This document shows positions 13,098-24,760 of a stretch of 59,935 bases of DNA, one piece after another. The stretch's first letter is position 1. Every line of letters begins with the position of its first letter. The notes under the pieces were generated by a model that worked only from the letters and a program-made list of their open reading frames with translations, did not search any database and was not told the origin of the DNA. This stretch comes from Nemertoderma westbladi (Eukaryota; Animalia; Xenacoelomorpha). The position numbers and the translations under genes are program-made. Location: positions 1 to 59,935 of the forward strand of contig JAUCBJ010007412.1 in the NCBI GenBank assembly GCA_032718475.1, in the 5' to 3' direction.

Positions 13098-13884
13098 ACA
13101 TGAGAGTAAAAACCCAAGCGATCATTTTGTGAACATCCAATGATATTGCCTGTTTTATAAATGCTTTAAGTTGTTATGGGATGTTCTGTTTGATTGGTTG
13201 TTATGTGATTTACTTGCTAATCTTGGTCAGTATTAAATACATTAAATCAACAAGCACTGATCAATGTGTACAGATATACAGTAGGAGTCAATATGTTTCA
13301 CAGGGGGCATGATGATTTTCGAAAACATATCTTGGTAAATTAAAAGCACATCCCGGCGAATTAGCAATGATAATTATTAAGTGAGGGAAAGTATTATTTA
13401 TATTATATCTGTATTACATATTATTTACCTACATTAAATGTCCAGTTACTGCTCATCTGCTGTGTATTGTACGATATGACAGTATTTTACAAAGATTAAA
13501 GCTGTAAAGAGGCCTGGCCTCTACAGCTCTATCCTAGAACCTAGAGGAAGAGTCCATCAATTGTATTATAATCTTAAGTACATTCCTGCATTCTTTCATT
13601 ATTACGTCAGTCACTGCAAACAATCACTCATAGCGTCATTGGTAAGTGTGTTAGAGTCTGAGAGTACATGTAGAGCTACCGGCATACTGCTAATATTTAA
13701 ATGTAAACTACTAAGTTACATTGATCGCTTGTTGATTTAGTGCATTTAATACTGGCCAAGATTAGCAAGTAAATCACACAACAACCAATCAAACAGAACA
13801 TCCCATAACAACTTAAAGCATTTATAAAACAGGCAATATCATTGGATGTTCACAAAATGATCGCTTGGGTTTTTACTCTCATGT
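13098..13884. mobile_element. MULE-like non-autonomous element with ~170-bp TIRs
   Basis: Near-identical inverted arms beginning acatgagagtaaaaacccaagcgatc; direct repeat cgccacgcg at 13089-13097 and 13885-13893 (TSD of 9 bp, or 7 bp if the terminal G/C belong to the TIR). Confidence 0.85.
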
Positions 13885-14685
13885 CGCCACGCGCCACATT
13901 GGCGCGCTTTTATTGTAAAGTGCGCCGGATTAGTCCGGCGCAAAGTGTATGGATTCCAGTCTGAGGCCTATCTACAATAAGATTTAGGCCTAGCGCCTAG
14001 GTTAATTGTAAGAAGAGTTTCACTTTTCAGTTTTCAATTTTCACTTTTTTCATATTACATTTTGTTCATTTGAATTGAAGATTCCTTTAATGACCTACTG
14101 CCACCGGTTTACTGGCAACTGGCAGACTGGTAAGCCTACCCACCCAGACTGCCAGACACAGACAGCATAGGGGTACAAAATCAGATTTCTTAATTAATGG
14201 AAAGGAGCAGGTTACAGTATCAGGCTTTTCTAACCAAAACAATAAACATAAACGATAACCAAAGAACACAGGTTACAGTCTTATTTTTACAACCCTAGCT
14301 GCCTAGGCCTACAGGCCAGGCCTATCAGCCTATAGGATATAAATTATTTTTGTCTTTTTGGGTAATATTGTGTTTTTTGTGTTTTTTTTATGTATTTTTG
14401 GGTAATTTTGTGTTTTTTGGGTAATTTGTAGGACCGATAATTCTGACGTTCTATTTGCAGATTTGCGTAAAACATTAAAATCGCGGCGCGCCGCTCGCCG
14501 CATTTCTGGACTGCCAGACTGCTGGCTGGCTGGATGTGCAAGAACGCGCCACAGACAGCAGATCTGCACTCGAATCCCTGAATCCAGAAACCTGTAAGTA
14601 TTCCAGTCAAGAGTCACCGCACACCGCAAGCGGCGCATGCGCAATGTATCATCACATCAAGTCACCCCGTTTTACAGAACTGACA

Positions 14686-15310
14686 TAGGCCTAAGCCTGT
14701 ACGCCAGTACGCTACGCCCTGACGCGTGACGCCTACTACATAATACAGTCACACTCACACAGTAACCGCTAACCGGTAACGGTACTACTGTACTACCAGA
14801 CTACAGTACTATACTGCTATCTTTATACTTTACTTCTGTACTTAGCTTAGTACCGGCAACCGGTAGGCCTACTGTAGTACTGTTGACTGTAGTACTATAG
14901 GGCCTACACAGCTATACTTCTGTACTTCAGTACTTAGCAACATGCTATAATAGGGATAGTCCTTGTCTTGTCCTACACAGCGACATCTACAACTGTAAAC
15001 TGTACAACAGTCAGTACCGGTACAACCTAACGGTCTGACCACTGACGACTGACGGTAGGCCTACTACCGGTGACCGGTCCTACTACTGTCAGACTGTGTA
15101 CTGCAGTAGCCTACTGTGGGGCGAGCCACGAAGGTAGTAGGCTATGGTGGTACAAGTACAGCAGTAGATGTAGAAGTGGATATTATATGCATTATGCAGC
15201 CCCAGCCACTATGGGCTGTACTTACAACAGTATCGCTGTATCGGTACTAACTGACGAATGTGCAATATTACCAGGTACCCAATTACTCAGCTACCGGTAC
15301 TGTAGGTCTC
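14686..15310. other. Dense cluster of TA-flanked micro-palindromes (putative stacked transposon excision footprints)
   Basis: Sequence largely built from tacagta, tactgta, taggccta, taccggta, tagccta and taggcta words; includes the start (tgtggggcgagccacgaag, ~15115-15133) of the element family seen at 23341. Confidence 0.6.
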
Positions 15311-17372
15311 CATGGTTACAGAAAAATTTCGGTGGGTGTCTACATAGTGTTTAATTTAAACGGTATCAGACTTTTCGGGATCGGGACAGGATTTATCACT
15401 ATCGGGATCCCGTTTTTCGGGATTGGAATGGGGATTGCAATTTTGGATCAAATCACTTTATTTTCACTTCTGAAATATTAGTAAAATAAAGTTACTGTAT
15501 ATTAAAATTATTTTGCAATTAATTACTGGATGGTTTACTGACATACACAGATATAATCAATAAATTTCCGTTCTGTTGGAACTATTTGTCAGATATTCAA
15601 CAAATTTACTTAACTATATTCTTCGGGATCCCGGTCCAAAAAAGTCGGGATTGGGACCGGGATTGCATTTTTTGCCGGGATCCCATTTAAGCAATAGTAC
15701 TGTACATACAGTAGCAACCCTGCATAAAAAAACATAAAACACTTTTTAACATTTTTAGTGAATAAAATGTAATACTATTTTTTTATAACCAACCTAAAAA
15801 TTAGCATAAATTTGCAGCGCCACCTAGCGGTCCATAATGATTTTTACAAAATTTTTTCAGAGGGATTTGTTGCCCCATCCTTGGTCTATCACATAAAACA
15901 CTTTCATGTGATTAGACGCAAAAATCTAAAAGCCTTAGGGTTTTAAGCGCAACCACGTTTTATTCATTGATAACTACATTAGTTAACTAATATTAAATAG
16001 CGAAAAATAAAATGTTCTCATTTCTCATGTAGAATAGCATCTTTGGTACCTATAACCCCCCCCCCCCCCCCGTCCTTAATGGGGTACTAACACACACATC
16101 CTCGGATTCAGGTATTGGTATTCTTCTTGACAAACGATCAATAAATGGGGGCTTGTTTCACTTACGTCCGTCATACAGTAGTACAAAATGGAAGTAATAG
16201 TTGAGGAAGAGGGTGGTGTACGCGCTTTTAGACCTTTAACAGTTTAACCTGCTAATTTATGTAACTTATAATGTCTGACAGCCCGTACAAAATATTAACA
16301 CAGCCGAAGCCAGTCTAGCGCGGCGTATAACCCACCGGGTGTGGGAGACTTGATTCTATGGCAGAGAGAGGGGTAGGCTTGTATTATTCGATAGATCTCT
16401 ACTATATAATCTCCAAAAACTATGTTTATTTTCAGGGAAATACCAACAGTTCCTTTTAGGGTGCTGTGCTTTAAATACAGTACCACGTAGAGTTATGACT
16501 TATACTAATTACAACGGATGGTCATGAGATTACGCAAATGTTTACATTCTTTAGGAATGTATTATTAATCGTTCACACTCACGCAACTGACAATAGTACT
16601 GAAACATACTAATTTGCTGACTGTCACCAATTTTACTCATATATAAGGAGAAATGTAGCTCACGTACGTCGGGGACTATGAAACAGCATGAACTCATACA
16701 AACCACTGTTGTTTGAGCCAGGCAATTGTTACTAGTATTCCCCTCTGCTTACCTCGATAATCAAGAAAGCCAAGGGAGTTAGTGGTTATTCATAAATATT
16801 CTCCAAATATTAGCATTAATCAAATAGGTTACAAACACAATATATTATAACAATATAAAAACAGCATAAGGGATGCGGTGTGGCAGTGTCCGAAGTCAGA
16901 CGTCAGGAAGTATGAGTTTCGCAAGTTTGATTTGTAAAGTCACGCAAGTGGAAAGTTAATAGATTTGCGTTCTATGATCTCTCTGGCCGCTGATGTTTCG
17001 GGCAAAATCAGAATGAATGATTTTGTCACATTACAGTATACAGTACATATGTTAACAAAGAATTATCAAAGTGAAAACCGTGCTGATTGGCCGAAATATA
17101 ACACACGCTCTACGCATAAAGATACAGCTGGCAAATTTCGTCATGTTAGTTCTGGATTAAGACAGACGCTAGAGAGCATAAGTTTATACATTATCCAACA
17201 CCTTAGAACAATGATGGCCTTTATAGAGTAGTTCGCAAATTGCACAAAAACGACACATTTTTGCCGCAAAAGCTTTAACACCGCTCCCAGAAAATGGGAC
17301 TTTAGTCTATAAAATATACATAGAGTCACAGTTTCTAATAAAATAACTACTCTAAACAATCAATCCTTCTTT

Positions 17373-18388
17373 CTATAACGAACTTTGGGTAGTCTTTTTC
17401 TCTATGGCCTGAGCCACTTTACTATGAGGGCTATAACTCCTTGGGAAAGGGTGCAATACAATTGCATCGGAAGGGTTTGGCTTGTGGTCGGTGTATCCGC
17501 CAGTCGAGGTACCTGGTTGATCAATATCCATAGGAGGTCCACTTCTTTCCTGTGGTGGAACTACGATATCGACACGTTTATCGGAGGGCTGAAAGGGTCT
17601 AGGGCACACAATCTTTTAGGCCCGTCTCAGGACAGCCGCTTGCACTGGTCCTGCTTTAGTCGTTTGCACGAATGCCGTGTGTAGACCGTGAGTAGTGAGG
17701 AATTTTCGGGGTTTAACAGTTCTTTCTAATTCCCGTTCCCTCACCTTGTACTCATAGGGTCGTCGGTGGACTTCTTGCAGTTCAGGGTGTGCATTTATAA
17801 ACGTCTCCCCGTATTCCAGGTCTTGGCTAATGAAACCAAGCAAGTTGTACGTGTCAAGATTATTTGGGTTAATATTTCTCAAATATTTTCTGACATATTT
17901 GGTGGAAATACACTCCCCAACGCATTTGATTAATTCGTAACTACAGTAGGAATACAAGTTTTCTGTTCGATTTGGGGAAAAAGATCGGGGTGAAATGCAT
18001 ACACTTCCTCATAGGCGCGTCCTGGATAATAACAATGGCGCGACTCGCAGTGAAGATCTGCGCTAGCTTCCCAAGCTCGTATGTATCGAAGTACAATTAA
18101 CTCGTCTACGTATGCTTCTCCTCTGGCTAATTTTACTTTTCCAATATCTCTTTCGAGTTGTTCGCTTTCCTGATCGAACTGATGTAGAGGCAGTTCCCGC
18201 GCTGCTCGCACTTATTGATGGAGCTTACGTTTACCTAGGATGTCATAAATTCCCTTTCCTATCTTTTGACGGATAGCTTTGAGCGCGTTCTGTACTACAC
18301 TCTCCTCGATCTCGTTATGGTTCTCCTCTATTTGATTCTACTCGTCACATTGACGTCGCTTTTCTTCTAAGAAATCAGATAGGGAGTA
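17373..18388 (-). pseudogene. Decayed ~335-codon ORF of unrecognised family
   Basis: ORFs 17930..18211, 17616..17957 and 17373..17609 join into one frame once the 5-bp insert in tacagta (17942-17948) is removed; in-frame stops remain at 18338-18340, 18212-18214 and 17616-17618. Confidence 0.65.
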
Positions 18389-18588
18389 TATGTATATGTA
18401 AATATAGCTATAATTTTTTGAATGAAACACTAGCTACCAACGAAATCACTAGCTTGTATCATAGAAACTAAAATAAACATTGTTTTTTGTAAAAACACTA
18501 GCTACCAATGAAAATGCTACTGTAGTACCGGTACCATAAAACTACTATACAGTAGTACCATAGAAAATAAATAAACATGTCTTTAAGG

Positions 18589-19807
18589 ACCGTTTCCGCG
18601 CAGCTTTTTTTGAGCTGTATTTCTAGCTTATTTTCAAGCTTTTTTTAGCTTTTTTTCAAGTTTGTTATGCCTTAAATTTTCTAACGTTCAGTTAAAATAA
18701 AGATACAGTATAATACTGTATGAATGTTCTAGAATTAGATAATTATGATATTCGATCCAGCTTTTTTTTGAGCTTCTTTTCCAGCTTTTTTTGAGCTTTT
18801 TTTTCGGATAGTACTTAAGTCATATCCGAACCTATCTGAACACAATCTGAACCAAATCTGGACACAATCTCGAGAATTACACCAAATCTGAACCCAATCT
18901 GGATCGAAAATAGAAAGATATTAATTATATGAAAATGTGAAAATTATTACTTTTTGCATTAACAATTTTGATATTTGACGAAATTTTACATATCTTTTTT
19001 CATATTTAAATTTGCGGGCAGCCGCCGCAGTACTGCTGTATCGGGGACTGCAGTTACTGCTGTGCAGTCGTTAACGTTATAGCTCACCTCTACCGGTAGT
19101 CGGTATCCCAACTGACAACTACAGAGCTACGGCTGTACGGTTCTCGTAGCAGTTCGGTTTCGGTTTAACGTTGGGTAGGTTACTAGAGCCTGGTACCGGT
19201 CCCTTCGCTACATCTGTCCAGCTGTCTCTACATACATACAGTACATACGGTACCAGGCACTAGTATCCTACCGTAGGCCTACCCAACGTTAGACCGAACC
19301 GAAATCGAACTGCTACGAGAACCGTACATCCGTAGTTCTGTAGTTGTCAGTTGGGATACCGCCTACCGGTAGAGGTGATCTATAACGTTAACGACTGCAG
19401 TCAGTACAATACCGGTACAACAGTAACTGCAGTTCCAAATACAGCAGTAGGCCTAGTGATGCGGCTTCCCGCAAATTTAAATATGAAAAAAGATATGTAA
19501 AATTTCTTCAAATTTCAAAATTGTTAATGCAAAAATTAATAATTTTCACCCCTCTTTCAATTTTCGATTCAGATTGGGTTCAGATTTGGTCTAATTCTCG
19601 AGATTGGGTCCAGATTGGGTTCAGATAGGTTCAGATATGACTTAAGTACTATCCCCTTTTTTCTAGCATTTTTGAGCTTTATTCTATATTTTAGGTTTTA
19701 GCATACGAAAATTCTCAGATTCATCTTGAAGCAATTAATTTCTAGAAATTGTTCTAACTAGAAAAAGCTTGAAATAATAATGCTCAAAAAAAACTGCGCG
19801 GAAACGG
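18589..19807. mobile_element. TIR MITE (ccgtttccgcgcag ends) hosting a foldback element
   Basis: ccgtttccgcgcagctttttttgagc versus gctcaaaaaaaactgcgcggaaacgg; TSD unclear. Confidence 0.65.
18806..19654. mobile_element. Foldback (MULE-like) element, ~850-bp near-palindrome
   Basis: Arms ~18806-19200 and ~19248-19654 are reverse complements (ggatagtacttaagtcatatc...); T-rich 9-bp flanks match 7/9. Confidence 0.85.
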
Positions 19808-19910
19808 GATACTGTATATTAAAAAAAAATAATTTTTTTTAACAGTACTGTAGCTATACTGTAGTTTTTTAAAAACACTACTGTAGCTACCATAAAAATG
19901 TTTTTTACTT

Positions 19911-19995
19911 GCGATATTTTTACTCTCGATATTTTTACTCTCAATATTTTTACTCTCGATATGTTTATTCTCGATATTTTTACTCTCGATTTTTT
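19911..19995. repeat. 15-bp tandem repeat (tcgatatttttactc)
   Basis: Five to six visible tandem copies; source of the ESKNI-repeat ORF. Confidence 0.85.
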
Positions 19996-21190
19996 TTATT
20001 CTCAATTTTTTCGATATTAACTCTTCGATATTGATTTGGATTTTAGGTTAGGTTAGTGTTTGTTTTAGTCAGGCACAAATCATAGGCCTACGGTAAATTA
20101 AGCAGTTATTGAACCCTAACCCTACTACTGTACTGTAAGTCATGCTCTAATCTATGAAATTTTGAAGAATTTCTGATTTATTAGAATTAGCCTTGGCCCG
20201 AAAGTACCATAATAGTAATAATGCCCGATAAAATTTCTTAGATTAGAGCCTCATCACTTCTGAACTTTATGGTTAGGGTCCAATTACTGCTATAATTACC
20301 GTACCCTATGGTTTGTGCAGGTGTGTTACCGTTGTGAATGACGGTGTCACAGAATCCGCACAGCAGCAAGGTTAAGTGAACCCAACCCGAAAGATCTAAG
20401 AGTTTCCCTTTCTGCACTGCCTTGGTGCAAATATATTCCGAGCTGATGATTGAAATTACTGTCGAATTAACCAATTCCGTTTCTGTACTTATCTTGGCTG
20501 CGTTTGAATAGGATTAATACAGAATAATAGGTTCAACAGGGAAATATTTGGCTCGATCATGCGTTTACAGGCTTCAAGACACGATCCACACAATTATACA
20601 ATGAATAGATTATAGGACTGTAGGGGATAGTGGTCCGGCGCCTAATATTGTTACTGTAGTAAAGTAATTTACTTTATCCTAAATATACCAAAACGTCGAA
20701 ATATTTTATATACAGTACAAAGTGGAATGTGGTGCGTAATGTTTCTCAAATTATCATTTCTCTCACAAGTTAAAACTGCGGCAATAACTATAACTATTTA
20801 TAATACTGTACCGTATTTTGTATAATATTTATTTACAGTAGATTTCAGTTTGTAAAGGGGTCTTTATAAAGGATATTGATTACGCCACAGGACCGCGTCA
20901 TATAGACCGCTTTGCAAAGCCAGCGCTGCGGTTTCGCTTCTCATTTTAAACGCACTTTGTCAGAACGGTAATTTAACTACAAGCGCTGTGGCCACGTTAT
21001 CTCAGCGCGGTGGCAATGTTGTAAACCAAATCCCAGGGCCTTCCTCGCTTTAGGTCAATGGGTACAACGAGTCAAAGGGAACAAAACGAGTCAAAGGGTA
21101 CAACAGGAAAGGATACAACGAGACAAAAAGGGTACACAAACCAGGACGTCAAACGGTACAAAAAAACTAGTCAAAGTGTACAACATCTAA

Positions 21191-21576
21191 AGGCCTGTTT
21201 ACACATGGCAACTTTTAGAGCAACTTTCTCGTCAACTAGCAACGTTTTTGGAGCAACTTAATTTAATCGCTGTTTACACGTGGCAACTTTACCAGCAACT
21301 TATTGGCCGGCACCTTTTTCGAGCAACTTAGCTAGTTTAACTGTAAAATAGTGGGTCATTTTATCTACTACAGTAGGGGGGATGTAGCTAGTTTTTGATA
21401 ATTTAATTTGATTATCCCGCTTTAATTCGCCAAACTAAATTCCTTCAAGTTGCCGTAAAAGTGGAGCAACTTTTACGGCAACTTTTTTACGTGTTTACAC
21501 GGAGCAACTTGATCGGCAACCTGGGTTGCTCTACAAGAGAAAGATGCTCTAAAAGTTGCCACGTGTACACAGGCCT
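21191..21576. mobile_element. PIF/Harbinger MITE
   Basis: TIR aggcctgtttacacatggcaacttttagagca / tgctctaaaagttgccacgtgtacacaggcct; TAA TSD (21188-21190, 21577-21579). Confidence 0.9.
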
Positions 21577-22204
21577 TAAGGGTACAACGAGTCAAAGGGT
21601 ACAAACAAGCGGTTATTTAGTTTGTTTATTATTTTGGTTAGGGTTAGTTGTTCATGTTCAGGCCTCAACCATAATTAAAACTGTCATGTAACCCTAACCC
21701 TAAGTCACAATCTAAGAAATTTAGCGGAATTTCTGACAGTATTGCAATAATACAGTAATAATAATAATGATACTGTATTTATAAAGCGCCTTTCTAAGCA
21801 CTATCCAAGGCGCTGTGTATGTGTAGGTATGTAGGCCTACTGCATGAACTGTAATTTGTACCGGTAGGTAATTTCTATAAAAACTGGCTAAAAAAACACT
21901 AAAAACATAAGTAAAAAAACACAATTAAGTAAAAAGTTAGAACTATTTAAAAAAAATGGCTTTAGCAATATTCCTGTACATAATAGTGAGTTTTCAGTTT
22001 TTCTTTAAAAATACCAAGGGTACTTACGTACTGGCCAGGCGCATATCGTTGGGTAGGGAATTCCAAATGCGAGGTGCCGCGACAGAGAACGCGCGTCTTC
22101 CATAGCTCTGAAGGTTGTATCGGGGTACAACCAATAATCCATCACTGCCCGAACATAAGTCCCTCCCGGGTATATCGCTTGAGCAGTTCGCAGAGATAGC
22201 CCGG

Positions 22205-23122
22205 TGTCACAAGGAAATCAGCCCCCCCTAGAATATGCCCCCCGGGGCATTATTTCCTAGGATAATATGTCCCCCCGGGCAATTTTTCCTAGGAAATTTA
22301 GCCCGGGGGGGCATTTTCTCCTTAGGAAATAATGCCTCCCCTCAGGAAAATTAGCCCCCCTCAAAAGTCTGAAAACTGGTACGATACCGGTCTGCTGGTA
22401 GCCACTTTTAATCTACCAACTGCAGAACTTGTAATAGTTGGAAGAATAGTACGGTACCGGTCTGCCGGTAGGTAAGCAGGTAAGGCAGTAAGGGATGTAG
22501 AACAGCATACTGACAGACTGAAGTATCTAAGTCAGTAGGCTACTGTAGTAAGTACTGGTATAACAGCAGTGCGAGTGTGTGGTGTTGTGTGGGCGCCGAG
22601 CAGCTCCAAGCTTTTTTAAGTCTGTAACCTGCTCCTTTCGCCCTGATTTGGTAAAGTGATTGTTTATTGTTTTGGTTAGAAAATCCCGCCTCTGTAACCT
22701 GCTCCTTTCTCTCAATTGGTAATGTTATCGTTTATTGTTTTGGTTAGAAAATCCCGTCTCTGTAACCTGCTCCTTTCCCTGATTTGCTAAAGTGACTGTT
22801 TATTGTTTTGGTTAGAAAATCCCGCCTCTGTAACCTGCTCCTTTCCCTCAATTAGTTAAATGATCGTTTATTGTTTGGTTAGAAAGGCCTGCCTCTGTAA
22901 CCTGCTCCTTTCTTTCATTTGGTAAAGTGACTGTTTATTGTTTTGTATAATTTTTGTAAGTTTTAGTAGTAATAAGTTTTGTTTATTGTATAATTCAGGG
23001 GGGGCATAATTTCCTAAGGGGGGGCATTTTTTCCTAGGGAAATTTGCCCGGGGAGGCATTTTTTCCTAGGAAAATATGCCCCCCCGGGCACATTTCCCGG
23101 GGGGGCATATTTTCCTGTTACA
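22205..23122. mobile_element. Non-autonomous Ginger1-type DNA transposon, copy 1
   Basis: TGT...ACA termini, ~130-bp imperfect TIRs, CCGG TSD (22201-22204, 23123-23126); CCGG-specific TSDs are characteristic of Ginger1. Carries ~5 copies of the 68-bp unit. Confidence 0.85.
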
Positions 23123-23580
23123 CCGGCGCCCGGCGCGGTATCGTTTCAGCACTTGTATGATAACACAGCCAATTTATATTCAATTCAATACGCCTATTAA
23201 TTGGGAGCCAGTGGAGACGTTTCAGTGCTGGGGTTATGTGCTCGCGCTTTCTAATACCTTCTAACATTCGCGCTGCTGAGTTCTGCACAATTGTAATTTC
23301 TTAATGTATGTTTCTGGCAAACCATAGTAGAGTGAGTTATTGTGGGGCGAGCCACGAAGTTGGCGGAGCCTTAGCGAATTGACACTGTTAGGGGGTGGGT
23401 CAATTTATGCAAATAGTTGTCGTCGTCGTCGTTGTCGTCGTCGTTGTCGTCGTCGTCGTCGTCGTCGTCGTTACGATTTTGACATGCTAATAACTTTGTC
23501 GGATTTAAAGCTGCCAAGTTGAAAATTTGTAGGTATCAATATGAGCAAAAGTTGAGATTTTTGAGAGACTTTCAGACACC

Positions 23581-24375
23581 ATCAGTGCAAAGGTCTCCCG
23601 CTAGAGGGCCACATGTCTAAACATTAAATGCCCTCCCATTTCTTTGCTTTTAATCCGTTTAAGCTGAAACTTGGCAGATATGTATTAGACCATTAGCTGT
23701 CACTTTCAAAGGAGGCGAATCCATCTGCAGTTCTCCAGTCTGCCGCTAGAGGGCCAAAGGTCTGAAAGTGAAATCGTTGTCGTCGTTACGATTTTGACAT
23801 GCTAATAACTTTGTCGGATTTAAAGCTGCCAAGTTGAAAATTTGTAGGTATCAATATGAGCTAAAGTTGAGACGTTTGAGAGACTTTCAGACACCATCAG
23901 AGCAATAGTCTCCTGCTAGAGGGCCACATGTCTAAACGTTAAATGTCCTCCCATTTCTTTGCTTTTAATCCATTTATGCTGAAATTTGGCAGATATGTAC
24001 TAGACCATTAGCTGTGACTTTGAAAGAAGGAATTGAATTGAATTGAATTGAATTGAAGGCTAATCCGTGTGCAGTTCTTCAGTCTGCCGCTAGAGGGCGA
24101 AATGTTTGAAAGTGAAATCTTTCTCCCATCTCGTTATTTATGATCCGTTCAAGCTGAAACGTAGCAGATATGTAGTAGAAATCGACCTGAGTCTTTGGTG
24201 GGCAGTAAACGGTCTGGAGTCCTCCAGTCTGCCGCTAGAGGGCGAAATGTATAACTGTTCCCAATTCCTTGATATTAATTTATTTAAAGTGAATATTGGC
24301 ATATGTACTAGAGCACATGCTGCGTCTTTCTGAGGAAGGTGGTCGATCTGCAGTTCTCCAGTCTGCCGCTAGAGG
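23581..24375 (+). promoter_or_regulatory. Array of six CTCF-like motifs, most with the upstream TGCAGT module
   Basis: Cores ccgctagagggc or close variants at 23598, 23743, 23913, 24087, 24232 and 24366; tgcagt/tggagt/atcagt ends 11 nt before the core CCG. Confidence 0.55.
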
Positions 24376-24516
24376 TAAGCGGAAATTCAAGACGCTGGTC
24401 ACACTACTAAACGCATTATTTCAACATTCTCAAATATACGCTCCATAAATATTTCACGTTACTATTTTATTGATAATCAAGATATAAACCAAGCGGAATT
24501 GGGGTGTAAACGTTAA

Positions 24517-24760
24517 GCAGACACCTGGTGCAGACACCTGGTGCAGACAACTGGTGCAGACACCTGGTGCAGACACCTGGTGCAGACACCTGGTGCAGAC
24601 ACCTGGTGCAGACACCTGGTGCAGACACCTGGTGGGTGCAGACACCTGGTGCAGACACCTGGTGCAGACACCTGGTGCAGACACCTGGTGCAGACACCTA
24701 GTGCAGACACCTGGTGCAGACACCTGGTGCAGACACCTGGTGCAGACACCTGGTGCAGAC
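24517..24760. repeat. 13-bp minisatellite (gcagacacctggt), ~18 copies
   Basis: Nearly homogeneous tandem copies; most units contain the E-box CACCTG. Confidence 0.97.

Larger units (their letters stand above)
10962..13963. mobile_element. Non-autonomous hAT-like element with gcgcc-rich subterminal repeats; outer member of a nested stack
   Basis: Left atggaattcatcc (terminal bases lost), right atggattccagtctg; flanks aggcctgt (10954-10961) and aggcctat (13964-13971), 7/8 match. Confidence 0.6.

Noticed and set aside
10706-14297. Possible fifth, outermost hAT (cagggctggcaaag ... tttttacaacccta)
   Set aside because: The ends match only loosely and the flanks (cctcaact, gctgccta) give no TSD.
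21637-21703. TTAGGG/CCCTAA motifs as a telomere or fusion site (also ~20113, ~29389)
   Set aside because: Only about two units each, embedded in transposon arms.
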